A DNA stretch of 32,000 nucleotides. Source: Thermofilum pendens Hrk 5 (GTDB taxonomy: Archaea; Thermoproteota; Thermoprotei; Thermofilales; Thermofilaceae). The stretch is from positions 1,470,001-1,502,000 of the forward strand of contig NC_008698.1 of the NCBI RefSeq assembly GCF_000015225.1, in the 5' to 3' direction. The notes under the pieces were generated by a model. The model was not told the DNA's origin, searched no databases, and saw only the letters and a list, made by a program, of their open reading frames with translations. A program made the translations under genes and the position numbers. This document shows, piece after piece, positions 22,535 through 31,020 of this stretch. Position 1 is the stretch's first letter. Every line of letters starts with the position of its first letter.

Positions 22535-24067
22535 GTGGGCGAAGTAGTTAGAGTGGAAAACCTGTCTTTCTCTTACCCCAACGGGAGGAGGGCGCTGGAC
22601 TCCGTAAGCCTCTCGATAAGCCAAGGCGAGTTCGTCGCGGTTATGGGTCCTTCCCCGTCCGGCAAGTCCACGCTGGTCTACGCCCTCTCGGGCCTGATAC
22701 CGCACTGCGTAAAAGGCGAGATTAAGGGGTCAGTGAAGGTAGACGGGCTGGACACCAGGGAGCACCCCGTAGCAGAGCTGGCGAAGCGCGTCGGCGTAAT
22801 CCTGCAGGACCCGGAGGCTCAGCTACTCGAGCTCCGGGCGGTAGACGAGGTGGCATTACCCCTGGAGAACCTGGGGGTCCCGGCGGAGGAGATAAGGCTC
22901 AGGGTCGGCGAGGCGCTGGAGATGGTCGGGCTTAGGGGGTACGAGGAGAGGAGCCCCTCGGAGCTCTCCGGGGGCGAGAAGCAAAGGCTAGCCATAGCCT
23001 CCGTACTGGCCCTCAGGCCTAAGGTCATAGTGCTGGACGAGCCGACGGCGAACGTAGACCCTCCGGGAACACTGCAGGTCTACGAGACCTTGAAGAGGCT
23101 AAACGAGGAACACGGCCTGACGGTTATAGTCGTGGAGAACAAGGTGGAGGTAGCGCGGAGGTACGCTAAGAGGGCCGTGCTCATGGAGGGAGGGCGCGTG
23201 GTAGCCGACGGGGAGCCGAGCAAGGTGCTCCGCTCCGACGTTCTCGCTAGGCTGGGGCTGGACGCCCGCCCGGCGAGGCGCCCTGCGAAGGCGAGGGCGG
23301 GTAGCCGCGGGCGCGAGGTGGTCAGGTTCGAGGAAGTGAGCTTCAGGTATCCCGACGGGACTCTGGCCCTCGACCACGTGGATTTAACGCTTAGGGAGGG
23401 CGAGGTAGTCTTCCTGATGGGTAGGAACGGTAGCGGTAAAAGCACCCTGGTGAAGCACATGAACGGTCTTCTCAAGCCGAGCAGCGGGAGGGTGCTCGTC
23501 GACGGCTGCGACACTCGGACGTGCCCTACTTACAGGCTGTCGAGGATAGTGGGGCTGGTTTTCCAGAACCCGGCGCACCAGATAGTAGGGGAGAGCGTGT
23601 ACGACGAGATAGCGATGGGGCTCCGGCACCTGGGTGTAGGCGGGGACGATGTTAGGAGAGAGGTCGCGAGGATCGCCAGGGCGTTCGAGCTGGAAGACAA
23701 GCTGGACATGATACCGGAGGAGCTCAGCGTCGGTGAGCTCAAGAGGTTGATGATAGCGTCGATCGTAGCGATGAGGCCCAAGGTCCTAGTCCTCGACGAG
23801 CCTATGACGGGGATGACCAGTGCCCACTCGAGGAGGGTGCTGGACACCGTCCTGGGGATGCTGGGGGAAAGCTCTACAATCGTTGTCATAACACACGACC
23901 CGCGGTTGGCGTTCGAGTACGCCACGAGAGTCGTTGTGATGTCAAGGGGTAGGGTTGTGCAGGACGGCTCTCCAGAGGTGCTGGCCCGGTGCGAGCTTCT
24001 CTCAAGCTACCTGGAGGTGGTGCCGGATGTTCAGGTATGGCGGCATAACCGTGATCCACAGGCTTGA
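22535..24067 (+). CDS. Fused tandem ECF/CbiO-type ABC ATPase (A-A'), module 2
   Basis: NBD1: GPSPSGKST / LSGGEKQR / VIVLDEP. NBD2: GRNGSGKST / degenerate LSVGELKR / VLVLDEP. GTG start. Confidence 0.92.
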   Translation: MGEVVRVENLSFSYPNGRRALDSVSLSISQGEFVAVMGPSPSGKSTLVYALSGLIPHCVKGEIKGSVKVDGLDTREHPVAELAKRVGVILQDPEAQLLELRAVDEVALPLENLGVPAEEIRLRVGEALEMVGLRGYEERSPSELSGGEKQRLAIASVLALRPKVIVLDEPTANVDPPGTLQVYETLKRLNEEHGLTVIVVENKVEVARRYAKRAVLMEGGRVVADGEPSKVLRSDVLARLGLDARPARRPAKARAGSRGREVVRFEEVSFRYPDGTLALDHVDLTLREGEVVFLMGRNGSGKSTLVKHMNGLLKPSSGRVLVDGCDTRTCPTYRLSRIVGLVFQNPAHQIVGESVYDEIAMGLRHLGVGGDDVRREVARIARAFELEDKLDMIPEELSVGELKRLMIASIVAMRPKVLVLDEPMTGMTSAHSRRVLDTVLGMLGESSTIVVITHDPRLAFEYATRVVVMSRGRVVQDGSPEVLARCELLSSYLEVVPDVQVWRHNRDPQA

Positions 24068-24857
24068 CCCTAGAGCGAAGATTGTGTGGCTAACCTCGCT
24101 GATGGTGATTGCCCTGATAGTGATCGACCCGCTATACCTGCTACCCCCGCTAGCCTTCGCGGTAGCATTCCTCCTGCTGTCTAGGGTATACGAGCTTAAG
24201 GAGTTCCACTCGAAGTGGATAATGTCGACCCTCCTCGGGAGCACGCTACTACTAGTGCTCTTCAACGGCCTCTTCGCCGCAGTTGAGGTGAAAAAGGGCA
24301 CCGTGCTGTTCTACATCAGCTTCCTCGGGTTGAAGTACCCGGTAACCGTCGAGGGCTTCTACCTAGGGGTGGGAGCCGCGCTGAGGCTACTAGTGATAAT
24401 GCTCAGCTTTCTAACCGTAGCCTTCACCACGTACCCAAGAGACCTGGCGAACTCCCTGGAGAAGGTGGGGTTACCCTACGAACTGACCTTTACGGTAGCC
24501 CTAACCTTCAGGTTCATACCGTTCCTCGAAGAGGAGGCGAGGAGGATAGCCGACGCTCTCAAGTCCAGGGGCTACAGGGGGTTCGAGGAGGGAGGCTTCC
24601 TCGAGAGGCTTAGGGCTTACTCCACACTGTTCACCGTTCTCATCGTTAACAGCCTGAGCCTCGTTAGAAGGGTTGGAATGGTCTTGGAGGCCAGGTGCTT
24701 CGGCGCGTCGCCCAGGAGGAGCAGCCTGAGGGAGTACAGGTTCAGGAGGGAGGACTACCTGGTCGTAGCATCCTCCCTCCTGCTCCTAGCGTTGTACATA
24801 GTCCTCAGGTACTGCTACGGGCTGGGGTGGCTCGAGTATGCGCACGGCTACGTCTGA
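24027..24857 (+). CDS. ecfT: ECF transporter T component (EcfT/CbiQ family), module 2
   Basis: The internal ATG 24027 gives MFRYGGITVIHRLDPRAKIVWL, parallel to module 1's ..IVHRLDPRVKL. The coupling motif is ALKSRGYRG. The track's 23955 start would add a non-hydrophobic 24-aa extension lying inside the ATPase gene. Confidence 0.85.
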   Translation: MFRYGGITVIHRLDPRAKIVWLTSLMVIALIVIDPLYLLPPLAFAVAFLLLSRVYELKEFHSKWIMSTLLGSTLLLVLFNGLFAAVEVKKGTVLFYISFLGLKYPVTVEGFYLGVGAALRLLVIMLSFLTVAFTTYPRDLANSLEKVGLPYELTFTVALTFRFIPFLEEEARRIADALKSRGYRGFEEGGFLERLRAYSTLFTVLIVNSLSLVRRVGMVLEARCFGASPRRSSLREYRFRREDYLVVASSLLLLALYIVLRYCYGLGWLEYAHGYV

Positions 24858-25812
24858 GGGAAAAGCTAGGCTGGTCAGAGTGGATACCCCCGTAGAGGGA
24901 GTGGTACTCTACAGGGTGGTAAGGGAGGACCTGCCTAGAAACCAGTACATCATGGTGTGCGACGAGGTGCTCGAGATCCACACGAAGCCGTGGCTCTGCG
25001 GCGAAAAGCTCCACGAGCTAGCCAGGGAGGTGGCCGTCAAGTTCCTCAAAGTGCTGTACCACGAGCTACCCCTGAGGGGCGTTCCGCTAAGCAGGCTGTG
25101 CGAGTTGACGATAATGTCCGGGGGCATGTACTACATGATCGACGAAGCCTTCAAGGATGTCTTCGGGAGGAGCCTTCAGAGGTGCATCGTGGGCGCGAAG
25201 CGCTACCCGATGGGGGACGGCGCGTGGGATGTTGACATAAGCTACGAGAACTTCGAGGCTCTACCCGATAGAGCCATAGTCATAGTCGGCGATACCATAG
25301 CGACCGGGGCCACTCTATCGGGCTCGCTACTCAGGCTTAAGCAAGCCGCGCTGGAAAAGGGCTACAGGGTGGACAAGGTAGCCGTTCTGACGATATCGGG
25401 CGCCGTCGAGGGTAGCCGAAGGCTGAGAAAAGTGGAGGAAGAGTTCAGGAAGACGTGGAAAGACTTCGAGCTGTACGTGTTCAACTGCTGCGCGCTGTTC
25501 GGCCTCGAACCCAATGGAACCGACATGCCGTACGGGCACCCGGACACTATAGCCCCGGAGGACGTAGTCTCCACCGTAAACGAGCGCCTAACCCCGCAGC
25601 TTGCTAGAAGGCTTTGCAGCATATTCGACTGGGGGGACAGGACCAAGAACCCGGAGAAGCACCTCAGAGAGCTCGTGGAGCTAGCCGAGAGGCTACGGCA
25701 CGAGTGTAGCGACGACGGGTGCCTCAAAGTACTCGATATCATAAAGGCTAAAGCTAGCGAAGAGCTAAAGGCGAGAATGAACCCTGTAGCCCTGAGGCAC
25801 CGACACGAATAA
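24838..25812 (+). CDS. Uracil-phosphoribosyltransferase-like (type I PRTase fold) protein with N- and C-terminal extensions
   Basis: PRPP-loop DRAIVIVGDTIATGATLSG (compare Upp's ALIVDPMLATGGS). The layout is collinear with Upp (LHELAREVA.., TIMSGGMYYM.., VAVLTISGAVEG.., ELYVFNC). Overlaps ecfT by 20 nt (GTG 24877 is an alternative start). Confidence 0.65.
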   Translation: MRTATSEGKARLVRVDTPVEGVVLYRVVREDLPRNQYIMVCDEVLEIHTKPWLCGEKLHELAREVAVKFLKVLYHELPLRGVPLSRLCELTIMSGGMYYMIDEAFKDVFGRSLQRCIVGAKRYPMGDGAWDVDISYENFEALPDRAIVIVGDTIATGATLSGSLLRLKQAALEKGYRVDKVAVLTISGAVEGSRRLRKVEEEFRKTWKDFELYVFNCCALFGLEPNGTDMPYGHPDTIAPEDVVSTVNERLTPQLARRLCSIFDWGDRTKNPEKHLRELVELAERLRHECSDDGCLKVLDIIKAKASEELKARMNPVALRHRHE

Positions 25813-25827
25813 AAAAAATATTTTATT
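25811..25827. terminator. Bidirectional oligo-T/oligo-A terminator between convergent genes
   Basis: The sequence is AAAAAAAATATTTTATT. It provides a T-run for plus-strand transcripts (25821-25827) and a T8 run for minus-strand transcripts (complement of 25811-25818). Confidence 0.5.
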
Positions 25828-26887
25828 AGCTGAAGATCCTGGCCTCTGTCTCTTTGTCGAAGAAGTGTAGCTTCGAGGGGTCAAGGTATACCTTGACTCT
25901 CTCCGACTCGGGCTTCTCTCGACTCCTCGCCCTGAGGATGACATCGCCCACGCTTACCAGCACTACGTACTCTCCTCCCAGGTTCTCCGTGACCCAGACG
26001 CTTCCCTCGACTTCTATGAAGCCTGGGGAGGCCGTTAAATGGACGTCCTCGGGCCTTATGCCCACTATGACCCTCTTGCCGCTGTACTCCTCGAGACTCC
26101 CCGCGCCCACAGGCAGAACCACGAAGCCGACGTCGACACCTCTAGGCGTAACCGTGCCTTCGAAGAGGTTTATGGGGGGCGACCCTATGAAGTGCGCGAC
26201 AAACCTGCTCGAAGGCTTGCTGTATATCTCCTCCGGGGGTCCCACTTGGAGTACCCTTCCTCTGTTCATTACCGCTACCCTGTCGGCTAGAACCATTGCT
26301 TCCACCTGGTCGTGCGTTACGTAGATCGTGGTGAGGCGGGTATCGCGCTGGAGCCTTTTTAGCTCCGCCCTCGCCTGCACCCTGAGGAGGGCATCGAGGT
26401 TGCTCAGAGGCTCGTCCATGAGCAGTACGCGCGGCGTCACTGCCAGCGCCCTGGCAACCGCGACCCTCTGTCTCTGCCCACCCGAGAGTTGCTGCGGGTA
26501 CCTGTCGAGGAGATCCTCTATCTGCACGAGCCGCGCCGCCTCCCTAACCCTGCGCTCGATCTCCTCCGGAGGGTAGCCCTGCACCTTGAGTGGTAACGCA
26601 ATGTTATCGTACACCTTCATGTGCGGCCACACGGCGTAGCTCTGGAACACCATCGAGATCTTCCTCTTGCCGGGGGGTAGCCTCGTCACGTCCTCCTCTC
26701 CGAAGAACACCCTCCCCTCGTCCGGCTCCTCTAGGCCCGCGATTATTCGGAGAGTCGTTGTCTTGCCGCAACCGCTGGGCCCCAGGAGTACGAAGAACTC
26801 TCCCTCCTTGACCTCCAGGCTAACGTCGTCCACCGCGACTACCTTCCCGTACCGCTTGGTAACGTGCTCCAGCCTAACCCCCACCAT
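25826..26887 (-). CDS. Sugar ABC transporter ATP-binding protein (MalK/UgpC/MsiK-like)
   Basis: GPSGCGKTT, LSGGQRQRVAVARAL, LLMDEPLSNLD, VTHDQ, and a C-terminal regulatory (TOBE-like) domain. 353 aa. Confidence 0.93.
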   Translation of the reverse strand: MVGVRLEHVTKRYGKVVAVDDVSLEVKEGEFFVLLGPSGCGKTTTLRIIAGLEEPDEGRVFFGEEDVTRLPPGKRKISMVFQSYAVWPHMKVYDNIALPLKVQGYPPEEIERRVREAARLVQIEDLLDRYPQQLSGGQRQRVAVARALAVTPRVLLMDEPLSNLDALLRVQARAELKRLQRDTRLTTIYVTHDQVEAMVLADRVAVMNRGRVLQVGPPEEIYSKPSSRFVAHFIGSPPINLFEGTVTPRGVDVGFVVLPVGAGSLEEYSGKRVIVGIRPEDVHLTASPGFIEVEGSVWVTENLGGEYVVLVSVGDVILRARSREKPESERVKVYLDPSKLHFFDKETEARIFS

Positions 26888-26888
26888 C

Positions 26889-27701
26889 CTAGCTCACCCG
26901 GGCACCTCCCCACATAACCGTGAGGTACTTCCTCATGTAGAGCATGACTATGAACGCCGGGAGCGCTAAAAGCGTCGCCGCGGCGAACCTGTACGGGTCA
27001 GGGGCAGCCGCGCCCGTCGAGAGTATAGTCGTCGCTACCGTGAGGGCAGGCAGGGTGCGCTCCTTGAGCGTGAGTATCGTCGAGGCGAAGACCTCGTTCC
27101 AAGAGGTGACGAACGTGAACATAGCCGCCGCGGAGAGCCCCGGGAGGGCCAGCGGGGCAGTGATCTTCGTGAATACCTGGACCCTCGACAGACCGAAGAC
27201 TAGGCCCGCCTCCTCGAGGTCCCTCGGTATGCTGACAAATATGCTCGAAGTTATTAGGACCACGAAGGGGAGCGCTAGCGCCGCGTGAACCAGCGCAACT
27301 CCCAGCAGGGAGTCGTAGAGCCCTAGCCGTATGTAGAGGCTTGCGAGAGGTATCGCCATCACCATGACGGGGAACATCCTCATCGACAGCACGGCGAGCC
27401 TGTAAGAGTCCTTGCCCCTGAACACCCACCTCCCCACGGCGTACCCCGCTGGAACGCCTACGGCGAAGCTTATAGCTATGGTTAGGAAGGCTACTAATAC
27501 GCTCCTCGCCATAGCGTCGAGGGCCCCGAGCTCGAGGAACACATTCACGTTTTCCAGCGTGTACTTGGTCGGAATAACGTGGCGGTAGTAGTCCTCGGGA
27601 TCCGCGAATGCTGCTAGCATGGTGTAGGCCAGGGGGACGAGTATCCAAGCCGAGAGCAGTGCCCCCACGATTGACAACAAGATAGACCTCCTGACCGGCA
27701 T
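26889..27701 (-). CDS. Sugar ABC transporter permease (MalG/UgpE-like)
   Basis: EAA-loop region EEAGLVFGLSRVQVFTKITAPLALPG. The internal ATG 27701 (MPVRRSILLSIVG...) lies 2 nt after the upstream gene's stop. The track's 27785 start would overlap the upstream gene by 82 nt. Confidence 0.88.
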   Translation of the reverse strand: MPVRRSILLSIVGALLSAWILVPLAYTMLAAFADPEDYYRHVIPTKYTLENVNVFLELGALDAMARSVLVAFLTIAISFAVGVPAGYAVGRWVFRGKDSYRLAVLSMRMFPVMVMAIPLASLYIRLGLYDSLLGVALVHAALALPFVVLITSSIFVSIPRDLEEAGLVFGLSRVQVFTKITAPLALPGLSAAAMFTFVTSWNEVFASTILTLKERTLPALTVATTILSTGAAAPDPYRFAAATLLALPAFIVMLYMRKYLTVMWGGARVS

Positions 27702-27703
27702 CC

Positions 27704-28558
27704 CTAGCCCACCTCGGGCGTTCTCAGCGCGCGGAGGTAGAACGCCCCGAGCGCGAAGGTAACAGCCCCTATGAGCAGGGACCACGCGGCCGCCGTCGGC
27801 ACGTCCATCACCAGTGTGTACTGGTAGAAGGCTTCCGTCGCGAGCACGGGTATGTCGAAGCCGGCGAGGATTAGCACCGGTGCGAATGTCTGTAGCGCGA
27901 AGAGGGTCCTTATGATTAGCGCCGACTGTATGCTCGGCTTGAGGAGCGGTAGCGTGACGTACCGGAGTTTCTGGAGGGAGCTTAGCCCGAAGACGTCCGC
28001 CGCCTCGAGAAGCTCGCGGTTAATAGTCTGGAACCCGGCGTAGATGTTTATGAAGACTATCGCGGTTGCCCTCCAGACCTCGGTGAGCACTATTGCCAGG
28101 AACTCCATGTTCCGGAAAGCGTAGCCGAAGAACTGTATCGGGGAGGATATCAGCCCTGCCTCCATTAGGAGCTTGTTGAGGAAACCCCTCGATGAGAGCA
28201 TAGTGTACCATATCAGCGCCGCCGAGACGTCGCTCAGCGCCAGCGGCACAGTGAAGAAGTAGAGCGAGACCTCCCTACCGGGGAAGCGCTGAACGAGTAC
28301 AAGCGAAGCTAGCAGGGCTAAGGCGAACTGTGCCGGGACTATCGCTAATAGGAGGAGGAACGTGTTCACGAGGACCTCCGAGAATCTCTCCGAGGTCAGT
28401 ATCCTCACGATGGGTATGGAGCCGTGGGAGTCCGGGAGAAGGGCCCAGGAGAGGGACTGGACTAGGGGGTAGCCTATGAAGGCGAGCATGTAGAGCATGC
28501 TGGGGAGTATCAAGAGGTAGGGCATAGCCTTAGACGGAGAAAAAAACCTGTTATTCAC
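27704..28558 (-). CDS. Sugar ABC transporter permease (MalF/UgpA-like)
   Basis: EAA-loop LEAADVFGLSSLQKLRYVTLPLLKPS. 6 TM segments, 284 aa. Confidence 0.88.
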   Translation of the reverse strand: MNNRFFSPSKAMPYLLILPSMLYMLAFIGYPLVQSLSWALLPDSHGSIPIVRILTSERFSEVLVNTFLLLLAIVPAQFALALLASLVLVQRFPGREVSLYFFTVPLALSDVSAALIWYTMLSSRGFLNKLLMEAGLISSPIQFFGYAFRNMEFLAIVLTEVWRATAIVFINIYAGFQTINRELLEAADVFGLSSLQKLRYVTLPLLKPSIQSALIIRTLFALQTFAPVLILAGFDIPVLATEAFYQYTLVMDVPTAAAWSLLIGAVTFALGAFYLRALRTPEVG

Positions 28559-28572
28559 GGCTGGGACACCGC

Positions 28573-29859
28573 TTAGGGAGGCGGTATCTTCAGCTCCTTG
28601 AATATGCTGTCAAGCTTTCCGGCGTCGTCGGCTAGAACCGCCTGGATGTCCTCTCCTTTGAGCACGATCCTCGTGAAGGCATCGCGGTACACGGAGTTGA
28701 AGCTTCCAGCCTTGGCGCCGAGCGGCGGTATCATAACCGCTATGGAGTCTGGGGCCGCCATCTGAGCGGACACACCGTCAGCCAGCTTCTTTATGGGACC
28801 CGTTATCGCCGGGCTTGCCTCCTTAACTGTCGGGAAGAAGCCTACGTTCTCGGCCACCTTGGCCTGAACCTCTGGCCTCGTCAGGAACTCTACGAGCTTC
28901 CACGCCGAGTCCTGGTCGGGGGCTCCCTTGGGTATAGCGAGCCCTGCTAGAACCACTATGTAGCCTCTCCCTTTGGGTCCCCGCGGCACGGGGCACACCG
29001 TGAACTGGTCGGGCGAGGTCGTTATAGCGGCTTTCACCCGGGCGACGTGGTCCCACGCGATCCAGACGTCACCTTTGAGCAAGGGGTCCGCCATTGCGTC
29101 GTACGTCGTGCTGGCAGGGTTCGTGTACTTCCAGAGCTCCCTCAGGTACTTCCAAAGCTCCACGGCCTCCGGGGAGTTGAACGCCTTCGCCTGGTACCCC
29201 GTGTAGGACGGGTAGAGGTAGCCGTGGAGGAACCTATGGAGGAGCCCTCCGCCCCCCGCCGGTAACCCTACTGCCTGCTTCCCGGTCTTCTCGTAGATGT
29301 TCTTGGCCCACGCTAGGAGCGCGTCGTACGTCCACTTGTCGGTTCCCTTTATCACGTCGTCCTTCGTAAGGCCCGGCGGCAGGTAGTCGAAGGCCTTGTT
29401 GTTCACCACGATAACGAAGGTCGCGGTCATCCAGGGAACCATGGCCTTAATGCCGTACATCTTCGAGGCCTGCTCGAGCGCTGGGTAGAACGTCCTGCCG
29501 GGTAGGGAGCCGAACTTAGAAAGATCCTCTACAAGCCCCTTGCTGGCGAAGTAGTCCACCTCCGAGGAGAGACCTCCGATTATGTTGGTCGAGACCTTCC
29601 CGGAGTTGACCTCTGCTTCTACCTTCGCCACCATGTCGGTGTAGCCTAGCGGCACGAAGTCGACCTTTATGCCCGTCTCGTTCCCGAACCGGGATAGTAG
29701 AGACCTCATGAAAGCTTGCTCGGTGGGAGGGCTGAGCTGCGTCGAGACGAACGTTAGGGTGACAGACTTCGGCTTCGGCCGGTAGAGAACGTAGGCGGCG
29801 AGGGCTACCAGGACAACTAGTGCTACTACCGCTGCTACCAGTACCTTTTTCTGGGGCAT
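28573..29859 (-). CDS. Extracellular solute-binding protein (family 1, sugar-binding), membrane-anchored
   Basis: N-terminal anchor MPQKKVLVAAVVALVVLVALAAYVLY. 428 aa, first gene of the ABC operon. On the minus strand, AAAAATTTATAA (29890-29902) lies about 34 nt upstream. Confidence 0.85.
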   Translation of the reverse strand: MPQKKVLVAAVVALVVLVALAAYVLYRPKPKSVTLTFVSTQLSPPTEQAFMRSLLSRFGNETGIKVDFVPLGYTDMVAKVEAEVNSGKVSTNIIGGLSSEVDYFASKGLVEDLSKFGSLPGRTFYPALEQASKMYGIKAMVPWMTATFVIVVNNKAFDYLPPGLTKDDVIKGTDKWTYDALLAWAKNIYEKTGKQAVGLPAGGGGLLHRFLHGYLYPSYTGYQAKAFNSPEAVELWKYLRELWKYTNPASTTYDAMADPLLKGDVWIAWDHVARVKAAITTSPDQFTVCPVPRGPKGRGYIVVLAGLAIPKGAPDQDSAWKLVEFLTRPEVQAKVAENVGFFPTVKEASPAITGPIKKLADGVSAQMAAPDSIAVMIPPLGAKAGSFNSVYRDAFTRIVLKGEDIQAVLADDAGKLDSIFKELKIPPP

Positions 29860-29864
29860 GCTTT

Positions 29865-29920
29865 ATCGATTACTTTGTAGAAAACTTCGTTATAAATTTT
29901 TCTGATAATCAATTACTCTG
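29865..29920. promoter_or_regulatory. Two direct copies of ATCRATTACTYTG bracketing the binding-protein TATA box; candidate TrmB operator
   Basis: ATCGATTACTTTG at 29865-29877 and ATCAATTACTCTG at 29908-29920 match at 11 of 13 positions, 43 nt apart. The TATA at 29890-29897 lies between them. Confidence 0.35.
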
Positions 29921-29990
29921 CACCCGGCGCTCTCCGGCTTTTTAAGGCGGGATGAAAAACTTTTTATTAATTCATTGTTAAGAAAAAGTC

Positions 29991-31019
29991 GTGAGCTCAG
30001 ACAGCCTAGTCGAGATGTTCCGAGTGCTCGGTGCAGGCAGACCCGAGGCAGAGATCTACCAGGCGTTACTGAAGTACGGTCCCTCCACTCTTCGCGAGCT
30101 TAGCGACAAGGTGGACATGGTTGGATCGCAGCTCCATCAATACCTCAAGAGGCTGGTAAGGCTTGGGCTGGTAGAGGTCAGCAGGGGCAAGCCCAGCATA
30201 TACAGGGCTGTCTCCGTGGAAACGTTTGACGCCATATACAGGAGCAGGGTCGAGAGCCTCAGGAAGAATGCTCTCGAGAGGCTGAAATCCATTTCCGCGC
30301 AGGCGCACCCAGCCTCGCGGGAGTACGGGGTCTACGTGCTACGTAGCTGGAGAGCGTTCCGCATTCGGGGGCTCGAGTACATACGGTCCGCTAAGTGCGA
30401 CGTCATAGTGTGCGGCGACAGCTCGTTCGTGAAGCCGTACTGGGAGGAGCTGAGAAAGAAGGAGGAAGAAGGGGTTAACGTCTTCGTCATTCTCTACGAG
30501 CTACCAGGCATACCGGTCAGGGAGGACGAGGTGGTCGTCAGGAAGGCTAGGAAGGCTGTCTCCGGGGATATGATGGTGGTCGTGGACTCCCGGGTTGCGC
30601 TTGTGGCGCAAAGGAGGCTCGGTCCCGGCGAGAGACCCGAGTACGGTCTATCCGTGGAAGAGCCCGTGCTGATAGACTACTTGGAGCAGGATTTCTTCAA
30701 CCGCTGGCTGAGGGGTAGCGTTATAAGGGATGAGCCTGTGCGCCTGCCATCCTGCTTCACCGTGAACAGGCTCGCACTCATCGAGGCACAGAGGCTCCTC
30801 TCAGAGGGAAGGAGGCTGAGCCTAACGGCGTACGGGCGGTACACGGGCTCCCGGGGAGAAGCCATCGTCGAGGGGATAGTGCGGGACGCCGTCGTAGACC
30901 AGGCAACGGGCGTGGCGCACTTCGTGGTGGACACGCGCGCCGGGAGCATCAGGATAGGGGGGCCCGACGCCGTAGTAGAGGAGTTTGCCGCGTCGAGAAT
31001 CGAGTTAAGGGGTGCGTGA
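29991..31019 (+). CDS. trmB: TrmB-family sugar-responsive transcriptional regulator
   Basis: N-terminal winged-HTH EAEIYQALLKYGPSTLRELSDKVDMVGSQLHQYLKRLVRLGLVEVSRGKPSIYRAV. The size (342 aa) and a C-terminal effector domain fit the family. Divergent from a sugar ABC operon. CTTTTTATTAA lies about 25-30 nt upstream of GTG 29991. Confidence 0.8.
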   Translation: MSSDSLVEMFRVLGAGRPEAEIYQALLKYGPSTLRELSDKVDMVGSQLHQYLKRLVRLGLVEVSRGKPSIYRAVSVETFDAIYRSRVESLRKNALERLKSISAQAHPASREYGVYVLRSWRAFRIRGLEYIRSAKCDVIVCGDSSFVKPYWEELRKKEEEGVNVFVILYELPGIPVREDEVVVRKARKAVSGDMMVVVDSRVALVAQRRLGPGERPEYGLSVEEPVLIDYLEQDFFNRWLRGSVIRDEPVRLPSCFTVNRLALIEAQRLLSEGRRLSLTAYGRYTGSRGEAIVEGIVRDAVVDQATGVAHFVVDTRAGSIRIGGPDAVVEEFAASRIELRGA

Positions 31020-31020
31020 A

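Noticed and set aside
23955-24026. Upstream ATG 23955 as the start of the second ecfT (track coordinates)
   Set aside because: It would add 24 non-hydrophobic residues encoded entirely inside the ATPase gene. ATG 24027 gives an N-terminus parallel to the module 1 EcfT (..HRLDPR.K).
27702-27785. Upstream start 27785 for the MalG-like permease (track coordinates)
   Set aside because: The extension (MVPAHRGCYLRARGVLPPRAENARGGLG) is Arg/Gly-rich and overlaps the upstream permease by 82 nt. ATG 27701 sits 2 nt after that gene's stop, which is classic coupling.
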